Below, piece by piece: positions 38,120 to 47,536 of a stretch of 64,000 nucleotides of DNA (position 1 is the stretch's first letter; every line of letters starts with the position of its first letter). A program made the position numbers and the translations under genes. The notes under the pieces were generated by a model that saw only the letters and a list, made by a program, of their open reading frames with translations, was not told the DNA's origin and did not search any database. This DNA is from a virus: IMG/VR virus record IMGVR_UViG_3300031088_000734; one strand, given 5' to 3'.

Positions 38120-38455
38120 ATGTCACAAGCCACTGCAGTCATTGAGTTTGATAACCTGAACAACCCACCAGAAGGGTTTTATGCTTCGGCAATGGGCTGG
38201 TATTTTCATGGTGAGCTTGAAGACATGGTAGGATATGATATTCCATCAGCTTCCGTTGATCTAATGAAAGTTCCTGATGGTATCTATGCCGGTTCTTACA
38301 AAGGGCTGGACTGCACTTTCTTTAACTGGTCTGTTATTGAAGAGTATGGATCTGTCAAAAAGCGTCGTCATCGTGGGTTCATTGTCCTTAATACGGACAA
38401 AAAAGCTTACGAATTTGCCGAGTTGGCTTATCGGACTAAACGTCAAAATCTTTAA
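38120..38455 (+). CDS. hypothetical protein
   Basis: ATG 38120 after AAGGA, in frame with track ORF 38060-38455. Confidence 0.8.
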   Translation: MSQATAVIEFDNLNNPPEGFYASAMGWYFHGELEDMVGYDIPSASVDLMKVPDGIYAGSYKGLDCTFFNWSVIEEYGSVKKRRHRGFIVLNTDKKAYEFAELAYRTKRQNL

Positions 38456-38486
38456 TGTTGTCAATTAAAAAAGAGATCAAGTTCGC

Positions 38487-38987
38487 TTGATCTTTTTTTT
38501 GCCTTTATTTTTTGTTTATGCTATAATCAATCATTACCTAATTTGGAGCTTTCTTATGTATAATATCGTAGCATCAAGTGTGATTAATGACCTAATCCTT
38601 AACAATGACCGTACCAGTCATCTTATTTTAGAAGAAATTAACAAGGCTCAAAGCCTTGTTGGTCAAACTGAACTGTTGATTCAAATTGATTCCGATGATG
38701 ATTTTGCAGTTGACGGAAAGTCGGTTTTCTCCAAGTCGTTTGTGATTGGTGAACGTGATCTGGTGGAAGTCTACAAAGCCGCTATTAAAAGTATCACTTT
38801 CGGTCACCACAATCAAAAGAACTACAAGCTTGAACGTTTCTTGGAAGACATCATGACAGAAGATTTCTTGGAAGAAGTTGCTAGCGGCCATGCGTCCACT
38901 GGTGGTAATCAAACCATTGATGTGTACGTTATTCCAGCTCCTACAGTGTTGACTATCGGGGCAATCAAGATTGATTTAACAAAATAA
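38487..38987 (+). CDS. hypothetical protein
   Basis: Track ORF 166 aa; ATG 38556 after GGAG is the likelier start. Confidence 0.75.
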   Translation: MIFFLPLFFVYAIINHYLIWSFLMYNIVASSVINDLILNNDRTSHLILEEINKAQSLVGQTELLIQIDSDDDFAVDGKSVFSKSFVIGERDLVEVYKAAIKSITFGHHNQKNYKLERFLEDIMTEDFLEEVASGHASTGGNQTIDVYVIPAPTVLTIGAIKIDLTK

Positions 38988-39043
38988 CACTTTCAATTAT
39001 TGCTCCATTATGTTAAAATAAGCCCACTTGAGGGCTTTTTTTT

Positions 39044-39691
39044 ATGAGAAAATCAATTACTGTCAATACCATTGAAGAACTGAAATCAGTTGCATTTGAT
39101 TATAATGCTCCTGTTTTTGTTGGCCCTGACATTCTGATTAGCGATTTTATTTCGACGGATGATGAATGTGATAAACTTATTGAAAAATTGAAACCTTATC
39201 ATACAAATGTGATTGCTTTCTGTTTTCATCATGATGGTTTTCGTGTTCATTTTTTGATGATTGATAGCTTTGTCGTCTTAAAAAAATATGGAATTGAAAA
39301 TGTAACGATTATGAATTTGAAAAAATTTGTCGTTCACTCTATTCGTTTTGATTCTGGAACTCATGAGTGGAATGAGAAGGAGTTTTATTCATACAAACGT
39401 GGAAATAAACCTGTCAGTGTGAGTCGAAACTATGCTTCGTTTATTGCAAAATACGCTCATGTTTATGATAAGACCTATGTCAGTGAGATCAGAGTTACAG
39501 ATAACTCTCAATACCTGATTGATATGACGTTTAGTCACAATGGTCGCAAGATTACATTGAATGAGTTGGGTGCAGAATATCCAGAGATGGTAACAGCATT
39601 GCGTGGTAAGGTTCGATCAGTTGAAAACTTGACCAACAAAAGTAAATTGATTAAATCATTTTTACCCATCATTGATATGATACTTATTTAA
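39044..39691 (+). CDS. C-terminal-motif family protein (ends IIDMILI)
   Basis: 215 aa ORF. Confidence 0.85.
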   Translation: MRKSITVNTIEELKSVAFDYNAPVFVGPDILISDFISTDDECDKLIEKLKPYHTNVIAFCFHHDGFRVHFLMIDSFVVLKKYGIENVTIMNLKKFVVHSIRFDSGTHEWNEKEFYSYKRGNKPVSVSRNYASFIAKYAHVYDKTYVSEIRVTDNSQYLIDMTFSHNGRKITLNELGAEYPEMVTALRGKVRSVENLTNKSKLIKSFLPIIDMILI

Positions 39692-39695
39692 AGGA

Positions 39696-40331
39696 TTGAT
39701 TATGCTTCATATAAAAAACATTGCACAATTAAAGGAATGCTTGTTATCAGATAAATTGACAGGCTTATTTATTACTCCAGTTGAAGAATTTGTAAAATCA
39801 GGTGACATTATTAAATATGATAATCGTGCTGAATATTTTTATCAACTTGATGATGTGTCTTTTATTAAATTTCAAATCAGTCAAAATGTTATTGTCTTCA
39901 AAGGTTATTGCATTAAACCTGAAAAACATTATGTATACCATCGTTTAAATAATAAGCCAGCCACATTGTTTTACTTAAAAAATGGTGAACTCAATACAAC
40001 GAGTTGGTTTATTAATGGAAGCTCTGTTCGAGAACACCCTATGCAACCTGTCATGGTTGAACATTGTGATGGCGATTACTGGAAATTTCAATACGCAAAA
40101 ACAGAAGATGAGTTCTTTGAAATATCTTATATCATTTTTGACAAGAAAAAGACTGGAACATTAAAGATCTTGGATATGTTAGTTCGATACCGTGGAGAAA
40201 ACCTTAATCTTAAACATATCAAAAAACGTTATCCTTTCATTGAAGACCTTACATTTGAAGATTGCTATGATCTCAGTATCAACATTTTTACAGATGATCA
40301 AATTACTTTAATGAGAATGATTGATATTTGA
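39696..40331 (+). CDS. C-terminal-motif family protein (ends LMRMIDI)
   Basis: 211 aa; distant paralog of 39044-39691 (xxxNIEELK, xxKPV/PM). Confidence 0.85.
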   Translation: MIMLHIKNIAQLKECLLSDKLTGLFITPVEEFVKSGDIIKYDNRAEYFYQLDDVSFIKFQISQNVIVFKGYCIKPEKHYVYHRLNNKPATLFYLKNGELNTTSWFINGSSVREHPMQPVMVEHCDGDYWKFQYAKTEDEFFEISYIIFDKKKTGTLKILDMLVRYRGENLNLKHIKKRYPFIEDLTFEDCYDLSINIFTDDQITLMRMIDI

Positions 40332-40336
40332 AATCA

Positions 40337-40434
40337 GCAATATAATGCAGGTTATTCATTCATTTTGGCACCTAATCGGCAATATAATGCAGATTAAGGT
40401 GCTTTTTAGTATCAAAAACTGCAATATAATGCAG
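40337..40434. repeat. three identical 14-bp direct repeats with exact 42-bp period
   Basis: GCAATATAATGCAG at 40337, 40379 and 40421; two different 28-bp spacers. Confidence 0.9.
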
Positions 40435-40436
40435 TC

Positions 40437-41270
40437 TCAACACTCAATCATCTCAATCAATTTTAAATAATCCATAAAAGCCACTTTGTTTGGACCGTTT
40501 AAATTTTCATAAAATATTTTGTTTACAATTTTGAACCAGTTTCTGTTTTCAAAATCAATACTGGTATAATCTAGAATGCTAGTATCCACATCGGTTTTCA
40601 TAGCATTCACATGGTTCACAAACTTTATCAGTAAGTGTTCATTTTCTGGTGTCCCATAGTCATCAAGATAATATTTAATGCCAGTTGACTCTAAAAAATT
40701 CTTAGTTTCAAAGTTTTTCTTACAAATTTTATGGTCTTTATCAAAAAAATAAGTCATAGAGTTTGCATGAAATTGTTGTTTTTTTATTTTGTCTAATAGA
40801 TCTGGGGTTTTGAAACAATGTTTTTTTATTAAAGAATAAATGGAGCCTGTAAGATCAGTGTCGAGATAAAAATTTAAATTCATAGATGGATCATTGAAAT
40901 GATCGATGTTTAAATGTTTTATGAGTCCTGTTTCTGACTGTCCACCTTCATAATGAGAACTGTAATGTGTTTGTCTCCCATTTTCATCATAATAGACATA
41001 GATTGGCATTTCAAAATAACAATCAAACAGTTCATACAGGTTAAAAGTAAAGGTAATGATAATACAATCTTTTGTTTTCTCATTTGCGTGAAAAGATGTT
41101 TCATTTTCTTCTAAATGTAGATGTTCTTGAATCAATTCAAGTGTGATATCTGGATTATTGTTGATTGCATTTATTTTCTCACACATTAAGGCATGCACAA
41201 TTTGAAAATGCCTAGGTTTAAGCATTTCCTTAGTGGATAATTCTTTGTAGTGTGGAAAAAATAATTTCAT
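40437..41270 (-). CDS. C-terminal-motif family protein (ends LIEMIEC)
   Basis: 277 aa; one of a tandem triplet (IVHALxCxKxNAINNN, LNxDHF). Confidence 0.85.
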   Translation of the reverse strand: MKLFFPHYKELSTKEMLKPRHFQIVHALMCEKINAINNNPDITLELIQEHLHLEENETSFHANEKTKDCIIITFTFNLYELFDCYFEMPIYVYYDENGRQTHYSSHYEGGQSETGLIKHLNIDHFNDPSMNLNFYLDTDLTGSIYSLIKKHCFKTPDLLDKIKKQQFHANSMTYFFDKDHKICKKNFETKNFLESTGIKYYLDDYGTPENEHLLIKFVNHVNAMKTDVDTSILDYTSIDFENRNWFKIVNKIFYENLNGPNKVAFMDYLKLIEMIEC

Positions 41271-41289
41271 TTTGGTGTCCTTTTATTTC

Positions 41290-42063
41290 TTAAATTGTCA
41301 TCATCTCTATTAATTTTATATTATCACCTTTTAATGCATTTAAAAATGCATTATAAACTTTTTTAAACCATTCTGGCTTACTGAAATCTAATTTTGAATA
41401 GTTAAAAAACATAGCGTCAACACTTTCTTTTTGAATGATTATATGATTGACAAACATTAAAAATAGACGTTCTGTCTTCAAATTTTCAAATCCTTTAAAT
41501 GAATAAATTGTCTCATGCATTGTATTATTATCAGTAGTTTTGAATTTTTTATACTTTACTTTATGACTGTTATCAAAATAATATCTTAACGTTACTGTTT
41601 TTAAATGAGACATTGGTGTTTGTATGTAATCGTGTTTTACAATTTGATAACCTAATTCTAATTCGCTTTTATTTAAATGAAATTCAAGATAAGAATGCCC
41701 ATCATCAAAATGATCAAGGTTTAACAGCTTCATAATTTCTGATCTTTTTATTGAACCCACATAACGTGATTTCCATTTTTTGAATTTTCCGTCCGCATTG
41801 AAGAAAATAGTAAAAGGTATTCTAAATTTTAAATCAAATAAAACAATATCAAAATTAATGATTACAAACTCTTCTATTGAATAAGAATGAATTTGATGAT
41901 CTACTATTTTTAAACTTTCGATAATCAAGTTTTTGTTAAGTGCTACATTATTATTTATTGCATTTAATTTATCGCATATTAATGCATGCACAATTTCAAT
42001 ATGTTCACTTTTCAACACTTTTTCAGTTGACAAATCTTTATAATCTGGATTCCAAAATTTCAT
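41290..42063 (-). CDS. C-terminal-motif family protein (ends LIEMMTI)
   Basis: 257 aa; tandem triplet member. Confidence 0.85.
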   Translation of the reverse strand: MKFWNPDYKDLSTEKVLKSEHIEIVHALICDKLNAINNNVALNKNLIIESLKIVDHQIHSYSIEEFVIINFDIVLFDLKFRIPFTIFFNADGKFKKWKSRYVGSIKRSEIMKLLNLDHFDDGHSYLEFHLNKSELELGYQIVKHDYIQTPMSHLKTVTLRYYFDNSHKVKYKKFKTTDNNTMHETIYSFKGFENLKTERLFLMFVNHIIIQKESVDAMFFNYSKLDFSKPEWFKKVYNAFLNALKGDNIKLIEMMTI

Positions 42064-42078
42064 TTTTTTATATCCTTT

Positions 42079-42882
42079 TTAAATATTTATCATATCAATC
42101 ATTTTCATGTAATCCAAGAATGCAACACGTTTATCACCTGTTAATAGTCTAAAAAATGTTGCATGTGCTTTTTTTGCCCAATATGTATCATCAAAATTGA
42201 ATGTATTATAATCAATAAACCCAATATCAGTATGTTCTTGTGCATTTGTAATGTGTCGCAAGAAGCTAAGAAATAAAATTTCTGATGATACTTTTTCAAA
42301 ACCATCAATAGAATAACTTGATGTTCCAGCACCATTAACAGTATAGTTCACTGTTTCAAAACTTTTGCAGTGAACTGTGTGATTTTTATTGAAATAGTAT
42401 TTTAATTTTAATCTTTTCTTAGGATAATCTGGCAACTTAACATCGTTTAATTTTATAATCGTATACACTTCATTGATGCTGTCGTCTTTCAATGAAAACT
42501 CAAGATGTGATCGGTCATCTTTAAAATGATTTATATTCAATATATTCATTATTTCTGGATATCTTGGATCACCTTCATAATAGGATAGCCATTGAGTATA
42601 TTGACCACTATTATTAAAATAGGCATTCACTGCCAAACAGAAGGTAAAATCGAAAAATTTAACGTATAGATTGAAGGTTACATACTCTTTTGATTTGTAA
42701 AAATTTGTATTGGTATTAATAATTTTAACATTTTCTTTAATGATTTCTTTATTTAATTTAGGATTATTATTCATGATAGCAAACTTATCACATAACATTG
42801 ATTGTAAAATGTCTTTTTGATTGTCTGTCAAATTAGGAAATTTTTCTAATTCGTAATGGTTTGAAAATGTTAGTGACATCAT
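42079..42882 (-). CDS. C-terminal-motif family protein (ends MIDMINI)
   Basis: 267 aa; tandem triplet member. Confidence 0.85.
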   Translation of the reverse strand: MMSLTFSNHYELEKFPNLTDNQKDILQSMLCDKFAIMNNNPKLNKEIIKENVKIINTNTNFYKSKEYVTFNLYVKFFDFTFCLAVNAYFNNSGQYTQWLSYYEGDPRYPEIMNILNINHFKDDRSHLEFSLKDDSINEVYTIIKLNDVKLPDYPKKRLKLKYYFNKNHTVHCKSFETVNYTVNGAGTSSYSIDGFEKVSSEILFLSFLRHITNAQEHTDIGFIDYNTFNFDDTYWAKKAHATFFRLLTGDKRVAFLDYMKMIDMINI

Positions 42883-43020
42883 AAATCCTCAATTTTTCGA
42901 ATCTTTAAATTATACACTATTTTCCTATTTTAGTCTAGTTTTTCATGAAACAAAAACTAAAAAATAGTTGCTTTTATCTATTGGTTTATGTTAAAATGAT
43001 CGTCTCAAAGAGGTGATTGT

Positions 43021-43455
43021 ATGGAACTAGATATCAAAATTATAAAAGAGTTAGGCCCACATGTGGGGACAAAAGTTTGGATTTGTGATTATCGTCAACC
43101 TGACTTGGATAAGAAAGCTATCCGCCATGTCCCGCCAACTGAAGTATTCATTGTGTCCAATGAAGAAAATAAAACCAATAAGAAAATTTATTATTCTGAC
43201 ACTCATTTTAGACCTGTTGGTAAAAATGGTGAAGCTAGCAGTAAAATGATTGCTATTTTTGACAACACTGGCTACCGAGCTTATCCGGGTATTCCACTGC
43301 ACGTTTTTGACAACAAGGAAGAGTGTGTTGATTTTTATAATGATCAAGCTGATAAAATTATTTCAGCAATTGATGACAAACTCAGTTGGGTTGTGGTAGG
43401 ATTGAACAATTATAAAAACGAAATTCTCGACAACAAACTCAAATCAAGGAAATAA
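43021..43455 (+). CDS. phage-type hypothetical protein
   Basis: 144 aa, GAGG RBS; VWICDYR...IRHVPPTEV. Confidence 0.8.
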   Translation: MELDIKIIKELGPHVGTKVWICDYRQPDLDKKAIRHVPPTEVFIVSNEENKTNKKIYYSDTHFRPVGKNGEASSKMIAIFDNTGYRAYPGIPLHVFDNKEECVDFYNDQADKIISAIDDKLSWVVVGLNNYKNEILDNKLKSRK

Positions 43456-43458
43456 TCA

Positions 43459-43896
43459 ATGACCAGTCCAGTAGAAATCGGTGTTAAAGATCGTCATGGT
43501 GTAGAAATCGTTCAAGGTGATTATGTAAAATTTGATTTTGCTGATTTGATGGATACGCCATTCAGCAACAGTCACTTTGGTCAACTGATTCGCAAGCATA
43601 GCCTTGAAAAGTGTGTTATTCACTTTATGGCTGCAAAAACCTTTCAACCTGATTACGGCTGGCATAACACCTTGTGCTATGTCATTTACTTTTTGAAAAA
43701 TGATGATGTATTCCTTCGTCGTGAAGACATTGAAGAAGGTGAACCTCCTTATGTTCGGACAGGTGATGAACCACCTTACTTTACTTACGATTTTGACGCT
43801 CGTTTCTTGGTCTACATCAAACAGAAAGACCGTTTCAGCATTGCTGGTCATTCTGATAATACGCTTTTGACATTGTATGAAATTAAATCCGCTTAA
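43459..43896 (+). CDS. hypothetical protein (YopX-like N-terminal motif)
   Basis: 145 aa; GVKDRHGVEIVQGDYVKF resembles the GxKDxNGxEIYEGD motif. Confidence 0.6.
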   Translation: MTSPVEIGVKDRHGVEIVQGDYVKFDFADLMDTPFSNSHFGQLIRKHSLEKCVIHFMAAKTFQPDYGWHNTLCYVIYFLKNDDVFLRREDIEEGEPPYVRTGDEPPYFTYDFDARFLVYIKQKDRFSIAGHSDNTLLTLYEIKSA

Positions 43897-43944
43897 CTAT
43901 TTATAAAGATGGCTTAGGTCATCTTTTCACTTGGAGTTTAAACC

Positions 43945-44274
43945 ATGCTTAACTTTCTTTTTAAAAAAGTGATTGTTGTTGAATATGATGACCGTATCAG
44001 TATCTATGACACCTTTGAAAAGGTGAAACGCAATGATTCCCTGTTAGAGTATGTGAACAGCAATTTAACGCTTAAAAGTGGTTCGAAGTCGATGACAGCA
44101 GAACTACACACGGGGGCCGAATTTTATTACCCTGTCACTCTGTATGCGGCACATCGTTTTAATTTCTTGCACCTTAGCGATGCAGCATCTTGTGCTTATC
44201 ATCAGTTTAAATCTATTCTGACACGTTCTTCCTGTGATTGGGATAATTTTTCTGCTTATTCTTTCAAAAAATAA
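43945..44274 (+). CDS. hypothetical protein
   Basis: 109 aa, GGAG RBS. Confidence 0.75.
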   Translation: MLNFLFKKVIVVEYDDRISIYDTFEKVKRNDSLLEYVNSNLTLKSGSKSMTAELHTGAEFYYPVTLYAAHRFNFLHLSDAASCAYHQFKSILTRSSCDWDNFSAYSFKK

Positions 44275-44296
44275 TTGTTTATTCATATAAAGAGAG

Positions 44297-44740
44297 GTGT
44301 TTAAGATGTCTATTAAAAATGATACCATGAGCAAAGGTGAGCAAATTTATTTTTCGTGTCTCTTTGGTTTATTGGCAACTCTTTTATTTGTACTCTTTTA
44401 TCTAGTTCTTTTTGTATTTACAACAACAACAACCTATAAAGTAAAGATGGATATTTTTACAATTGATAGGTCATTTGATTCCCATTCCAATCAGTGGATT
44501 GTTGGTGTTAAAGACATGGATAATATCAGACTTGGATCTTTTGTTTGCTCAGTGGAGCCAATCAATAAAAATCCAGCCCTATATTATCAAATGACTAAAA
44601 AAGAAACGTTAACTTCTTTTAAATATAGTTTTTATTTTAGTTACAATGAAAATTGTGATAGTGTAAGCAATCAACAGCAGAAATCAAAGCCAAATACTCG
44701 GCTTGCTCCACAAAGACAAAAAGGCGAATTCATACTATAG
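44297..44740 (+). CDS. membrane-anchored hypothetical protein
   Basis: 147 aa, one TM; TAG stop. Confidence 0.75.
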   Translation: MFKMSIKNDTMSKGEQIYFSCLFGLLATLLFVLFYLVLFVFTTTTTYKVKMDIFTIDRSFDSHSNQWIVGVKDMDNIRLGSFVCSVEPINKNPALYYQMTKKETLTSFKYSFYFSYNENCDSVSNQQQKSKPNTRLAPQRQKGEFIL

Positions 44741-44800
44741 TGGTTGATTTTTTCTCATTTCATGATATAATGACCTTCTAAATTATTAGAGGTCTTTATC

Positions 44801-45280
44801 ATGGGCATTACCTTTCAGGCTCAAATCAATCACAATGATTATCCAGAAGTTAAAGTCTTCATGGCGGATCGTTACCCTGATCTTGATGAAGAATACTTCA
44901 AGCTTGAAGGTTACTGCAGTTTTGATGAGGAAACTCAACGTCACTACCAGTTAGAGCGAGTCATTGACTTCAAACAAAGTCGTGATTTTAGCTATGCTAA
45001 TTTCTATTTAGTTTTGGATCTTGTTGACCGCAATATTCGTATTGCTACCCAAGCAGATGGCGGATACTACGCTATTGATCATGCTGACATTCAAATTTTC
45101 CGTAAAAAGGTTTTCATGGCGTTGAATAAGGTCAATGAAAGCCATGCTGTTGAACCGTCTCAAAACGGTAACTTTTATGATGGTGGTGCATCAACCGATT
45201 ATATTCGTGATGCCTTAACGGACATGCTTGAAATCATTGATCAGGCATATAAGAAAAACTTAAACGTATTTTGGGCTTAA
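44801..45280 (+). CDS. hypothetical protein
   Basis: 159 aa, GAGG RBS. Confidence 0.8.
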   Translation: MGITFQAQINHNDYPEVKVFMADRYPDLDEEYFKLEGYCSFDEETQRHYQLERVIDFKQSRDFSYANFYLVLDLVDRNIRIATQADGGYYAIDHADIQIFRKKVFMALNKVNESHAVEPSQNGNFYDGGASTDYIRDALTDMLEIIDQAYKKNLNVFWA

Positions 45281-45630
45281 TTATGATTAAATCAAACAGT
45301 TTATTTAAAGCTGGACTATGCACCATTCTTGGTTCAGTAGTCTTTTCAATCTTTTTCTGGAATGGTTACATGATGAGCACGGGTCGTTATATGATTTGGG
45401 AAACCTTTGAAGGGCGTTCTCATTTTATTATGTTTATGTCTTTCCTTATGCCATTATTAATGGGATTACCCACTGGTTTTGGACTGATCTTGTATTCCAT
45501 TCGTAAAGAAAGCATTGAAAGAGAAGATGAAATTAACGAACGAATTGCAATTAGGAATCAAAAATTAGAAAATCCAAATTTAACACAAACAGAACGTCTA
45601 GAAATTATTCTCGACACTCACAAACATTAA
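45271..45630 (+). CDS. membrane protein (2 TM)
   Basis: 119 aa ORF. Confidence 0.75.
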   Translation: MGLIMIKSNSLFKAGLCTILGSVVFSIFFWNGYMMSTGRYMIWETFEGRSHFIMFMSFLMPLLMGLPTGFGLILYSIRKESIEREDEINERIAIRNQKLENPNLTQTERLEIILDTHKH

Positions 45631-45653
45631 TTTACCAAAGCTTAGTAAAAAGA

Positions 45654-46079
45654 ATGCCCCTTGATTCATCTATGGGGTGGATGTCAAGGAGGCTTCATAT
45701 GACAATTGCTCAAAAAGACAATGAAAGTTTTGTTAACGCCATACGTTCAATGACTGAAAAGTTTATTGTTCTCTATGAAAGTAAATCTGTATCCCAAGAT
45801 TTTTCTTGGTTTAAATTCCGTGATCACACCCTTTTATCCGCTATTCGACATTCCTTTGGAGAATTGACCAAAGAAGAACGTGAGCAGTATGATCATGTGT
45901 TTAATAATGTCATGAATCTTCATGGTTATGTTCAGAAAAAGGTCAGCATGTTTGATGATGAAGTCGAAGTGTGGCACACAACACCCACTTTAAATGTCGA
46001 GCTTCATGAATACCTTGGCATTGCTTCGGGGGATTATTCACATTTCATGTTTGGCCTCCCTGTTTACTCAAAACAATAA
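45654..46079 (+). CDS. hypothetical protein
   Basis: 141 aa track ORF; ATG after AGGAGG near 45699 is the likelier start. Confidence 0.75.
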   Translation: MPLDSSMGWMSRRLHMTIAQKDNESFVNAIRSMTEKFIVLYESKSVSQDFSWFKFRDHTLLSAIRHSFGELTKEEREQYDHVFNNVMNLHGYVQKKVSMFDDEVEVWHTTPTLNVELHEYLGIASGDYSHFMFGLPVYSKQ

Positions 46080-46109
46080 AATACGTTAATCCAGAAGATG
46101 AGGTGCTAA

Positions 46110-46733
46110 TTGTTAAGTCCAACAGAAAGAAACACATTCATAAAAACGGCACTTCAATTCGCTGAGAAACATAAACTTCCAACGAATAATTATCTAGGCA
46201 AGTCTCGCCTTTCATTTCATAATGATAAACATGAAGAATTTGTGCCAAATCATTATTTTGATTATTCAGCGTATGCTTCAATTATCTTTAAAGACTTCAA
46301 ATTACAACATTCGAATTTAAAACTCATACAAATGTTAGATCCTTATATTAAGAATTTGAATATTAAAATTGATTTTGAGCGACTTAGATTGCATCAGTAT
46401 TACAAAATTGGTTTAAAGCCAGATTACACATCACTTGAAGATGTCTTATATTTAAGCACTCAACTGGTTAGTATTAATCCTACTAAAGAAGTTCAAGATA
46501 GAATAACGATTCGATATTATTTGACACCTATCGAAACGTATTTTAAACAATCGATTTTCCCACGCTCTTTTAATATTGATGGTTTTGTGTTGCATGTTTA
46601 TTACAAGGATATTGAGTCATCTCTCTTTGCTCTGCTAGAAGCGAATAAACAAAAAATTGAAGATATTCTTGGATACCATATTGATCATATTAATCAAGAT
46701 ACGGTGAATCTCTTAGATATGACAATGATTTGA
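46110..46733 (+). CDS. C-terminal-motif family protein (ends LLDMTMI)
   Basis: 207 aa; paralog of 46816-47457 (LKxDYTSLxDV, VYYKDxES). Confidence 0.85.
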   Translation: MLSPTERNTFIKTALQFAEKHKLPTNNYLGKSRLSFHNDKHEEFVPNHYFDYSAYASIIFKDFKLQHSNLKLIQMLDPYIKNLNIKIDFERLRLHQYYKIGLKPDYTSLEDVLYLSTQLVSINPTKEVQDRITIRYYLTPIETYFKQSIFPRSFNIDGFVLHVYYKDIESSLFALLEANKQKIEDILGYHIDHINQDTVNLLDMTMI

Positions 46734-46815
46734 AGCTAGCTCATTTTTGTTGACGACATTTATAAAATATGCCATAATATAGCATCATTAACTGTCACTA
46801 CAGACAACAGACTTC

Positions 46816-47457
46816 TTGGGCTTTTTTATGACTACAACAAACCCTGACATCGACTATTTCAAATCAATTTTTGCAGAGTTCTCTGCTGAGCATCAATTGA
46901 AAGTGGACAAGTATTCATCACGAAGACTTTTGAGCTTTTATACACATGAGTTCAAACCACTTATGCTGCATAAATTGGACATTGATGCTGTTGCTCCACT
47001 GGTGTTAAAGCCTTTCAAAGCTTTTAATGTCGAAAGACTGGTCAAAAAAGCAAAAATCATCTTTGATGAGTTTGTTGATGAACGTCTTGAAGGTTTTATA
47101 TTACCCGATTTTTACGATACCTTTGAAACGCATACTATTCAATCTGTTGTATTGAAGAAGGATTATACCAGCCTTCAAGATGTGGCTTATTATCAGGTCG
47201 AATTGATTAGTGACAAAAAACCTACTCGCATTTTTATTAATTTTCATACTGAGCCTGTTACACCATCTTATCGTAGAGACAGCAATAAACGAGGCTCTAT
47301 TAAATATCTCATTGCTGATGTTTACTATAAAGATATGGAATCTATTAAAGAACCTATGTTTGCTTATTATTTAACTGAAGTGAGCGAATTTCTCCAAACT
47401 CCGGTTACTGACATGAGTGAAAATGTCTTAACTTTGATTGAAATGGCAAAAATCTAA
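46816..47457 (+). CDS. C-terminal-motif family protein (ends LIEMAKI)
   Basis: 213 aa; paralog of 46110-46733. Confidence 0.85.
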   Translation: MGFFMTTTNPDIDYFKSIFAEFSAEHQLKVDKYSSRRLLSFYTHEFKPLMLHKLDIDAVAPLVLKPFKAFNVERLVKKAKIIFDEFVDERLEGFILPDFYDTFETHTIQSVVLKKDYTSLQDVAYYQVELISDKKPTRIFINFHTEPVTPSYRRDSNKRGSIKYLIADVYYKDMESIKEPMFAYYLTEVSEFLQTPVTDMSENVLTLIEMAKI

Positions 47458-47536
47458 AAACATATCCTTTTTTCTTGACGAATTTATATTTTTTTAGTAT
47501 AATTACGAGATTGAAAATAAAAGAGGATTTCATAAC

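Noticed and set aside
40337-40434. CRISPR array
   Set aside because: The repeat is only 14 bp, there are three copies, and no cas genes or leader are present; reported as an unexplained repeat instead
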